Below the pieces are notes generated by a model. The model saw only the letters and a list, made by a program, of their open reading frames with translations, ran no database searches and was not told the origin of the DNA. A DNA stretch of 32,000 bases from Candidatus Velamenicoccus archaeovorus (GTDB taxonomy: Bacteria > Omnitrophota > Gorgyraeia > Velamenicoccales > Velamenicoccaceae), in the NCBI RefSeq assembly GCF_004102945.1, contig NZ_CP019384.1, positions 1,650,001 through 1,682,000 of the forward strand, read 5' to 3'. Below, piece by piece: positions 31,115-32,000 of the stretch (position 1 is its first letter; each line of letters begins with the position of its first letter). Made by a program: the position numbers and the translations under genes.

Positions 31115-32000
31115 CTAATAGCTGAATGTCACGCTGGCCTCGATCTGATAAGCGCCGTCGGCCTCGCCGTCGCCCCGCAAAAAAGGAGAAAAAAGGCTGC
31201 CGTCGGTATCATCCCGCTCCTCTTTGTAATACTCGCCCGGAAAAAAATAGCCGCAGAACAGACTTAGCGCCACATGCTTGTTCAATTCATAGTTGAAATA
31301 CATGTCCAGCTCGTTACCCAGGTCAGTCGCAAGCGTCTTGGTTTCGCCCGCCCAGGTGCCCACACCTCTTTCGGCAGACCTCAAATACCACCAGTCAAAC
31401 GTCATAGAAAGCTTTTCCGTTATCTGAAAATCAAGGCCCAGACAGACAAGGATGAGGTTTTCGAACAAATAAGGGTCTGAAAAGGTGGTCGGACGACCGA
31501 CGCCGTAATTCAACCCGTTGCCGCCGCCCATAGCCACCAAAGGCATGCTTTCCGGACCGATGGGATAAATGGAATCCGCCAGGTTGGTGTTCAGGGGAGA
31601 ATAAACGCTGAAGGCGCGGTTTTTGCCGCTGGTGAACGTGTCGTCGCCCACCTGGTCCACGGGCACCTTGTTGCCGGAGGCGTAGGCGAATCTCGAATGG
31701 GGGACGATCCGATCGAATCTGTAAGCGGCATCCGCATAGACCAGGTAACCGCAATGTTCGACATCTTTACGGGCCGGGTCCGTAGACTTGGCCTCGCCGA
31801 AATTCCTGGCCGCCTCTATCCCTAGAGAAAACTTGTCCAACGTCGCATTCCAGGAAAGACCGCAGGTGCCCAGGATGTCCTCATGCGTAGACGTAGAAAA
31901 AAGATTCGTGCGTTTGGCTCCGGAATAATCCGACAGAACCTCCAGATAGGGCTGGAGGGAATAGTTTTTGAAGGTGAAAAGCGCGTCGGCGGCGAAGAAA
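31115..32000 (-). CDS. Outer-membrane beta-barrel protein (alginate-export/porin-like); the 5' end runs off the window
   Basis: The reading frame is open to the window edge. The track's TTG at 31840 is internal, and my translation upstream continues FFAADALFTFKNYSLQPYLEVLSDYSGAK. It shows an alternating beta-strand pattern and a C-terminal aromatic residue (VTFSY). Confidence 0.65.
   Translation of the reverse strand, partial: FFAADALFTFKNYSLQPYLEVLSDYSGAKRTNLFSTSTHEDILGTCGLSWNATLDKFSLGIEAARNFGEAKSTDPARKDVEHCGYLVYADAAYRFDRIVPHSRFAYASGNKVPVDQVGDDTFTSGKNRAFSVYSPLNTNLADSIYPIGPESMPLVAMGGGNGLNYGVGRPTTFSDPYLFENLILVCLGLDFQITEKLSMTFDWWYLRSAERGVGTWAGETKTLATDLGNELDMYFNYELNKHVALSLFCGYFFPGEYYKEERDDTDGSLFSPFLRGDGEADGAYQIEASVTFSY

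Overview
The window is densely coding, and all but one gene is on the minus strand. Positions 1-22460 read as one accessory biosynthetic locus. Its core is a minimal type II polyketide synthase: KS-alpha at 9777-11042, a catalytically dead KS-beta/CLF at 8539-9777, and an ACP at 8082-8315. Around the core are aromatic-polyketide-type accessory genes: an SRPBCC cyclase, a PF04199 cyclase, an SDR ketoreductase, a ketopantoate-reductase-like reductase, an ACMSD-type amidohydrolase, an MFS exporter and an acyl-CoA ligase. Two paralogous B12-binding radical SAM enzymes (861-2348, 13862-15334) flank the core, and no oxygen-dependent tailoring enzyme is recognisable. A contiguous block at 15515-20439 is embedded in the locus: nucleoside phosphorylase, MtnA-type isomerase, a truncated IF-2B paralog, a class II aldolase-SCP2 fusion and an aldehyde dehydrogenase. 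It looks like a DHAP-shunt pathway for the radical SAM by-product 5'-deoxyadenosine (or MTA), ending in an aldehyde-oxidising step. The locus ends, at the window edge, in a stand-alone HypF Kae1-like domain protein that is absent from the ORF track. Several intergenic gaps carry recurrent structured elements. One is a terminator-like hairpin plus promoter/RBS cassette before three SAM-related genes. Another is a 467-nt ORF-poor structured leader before the phosphorylase gene. Two further repeat families are also present. A PadR regulator and a near-consensus promoter overlapped by perfect palindromes sit immediately upstream of the locus. Positions 22655-32000 look like ordinary housekeeping: accA, a LysM/YkuD transpeptidase, a divergent PAP2 protein, a ComM/YifB ATPase, a CHASE4-PAS histidine kinase with a receiver protein, and a partial outer-membrane barrel. 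I found no rRNA, tRNA, CRISPR array or transposase. All family assignments come from motifs read by eye and no database search was run.
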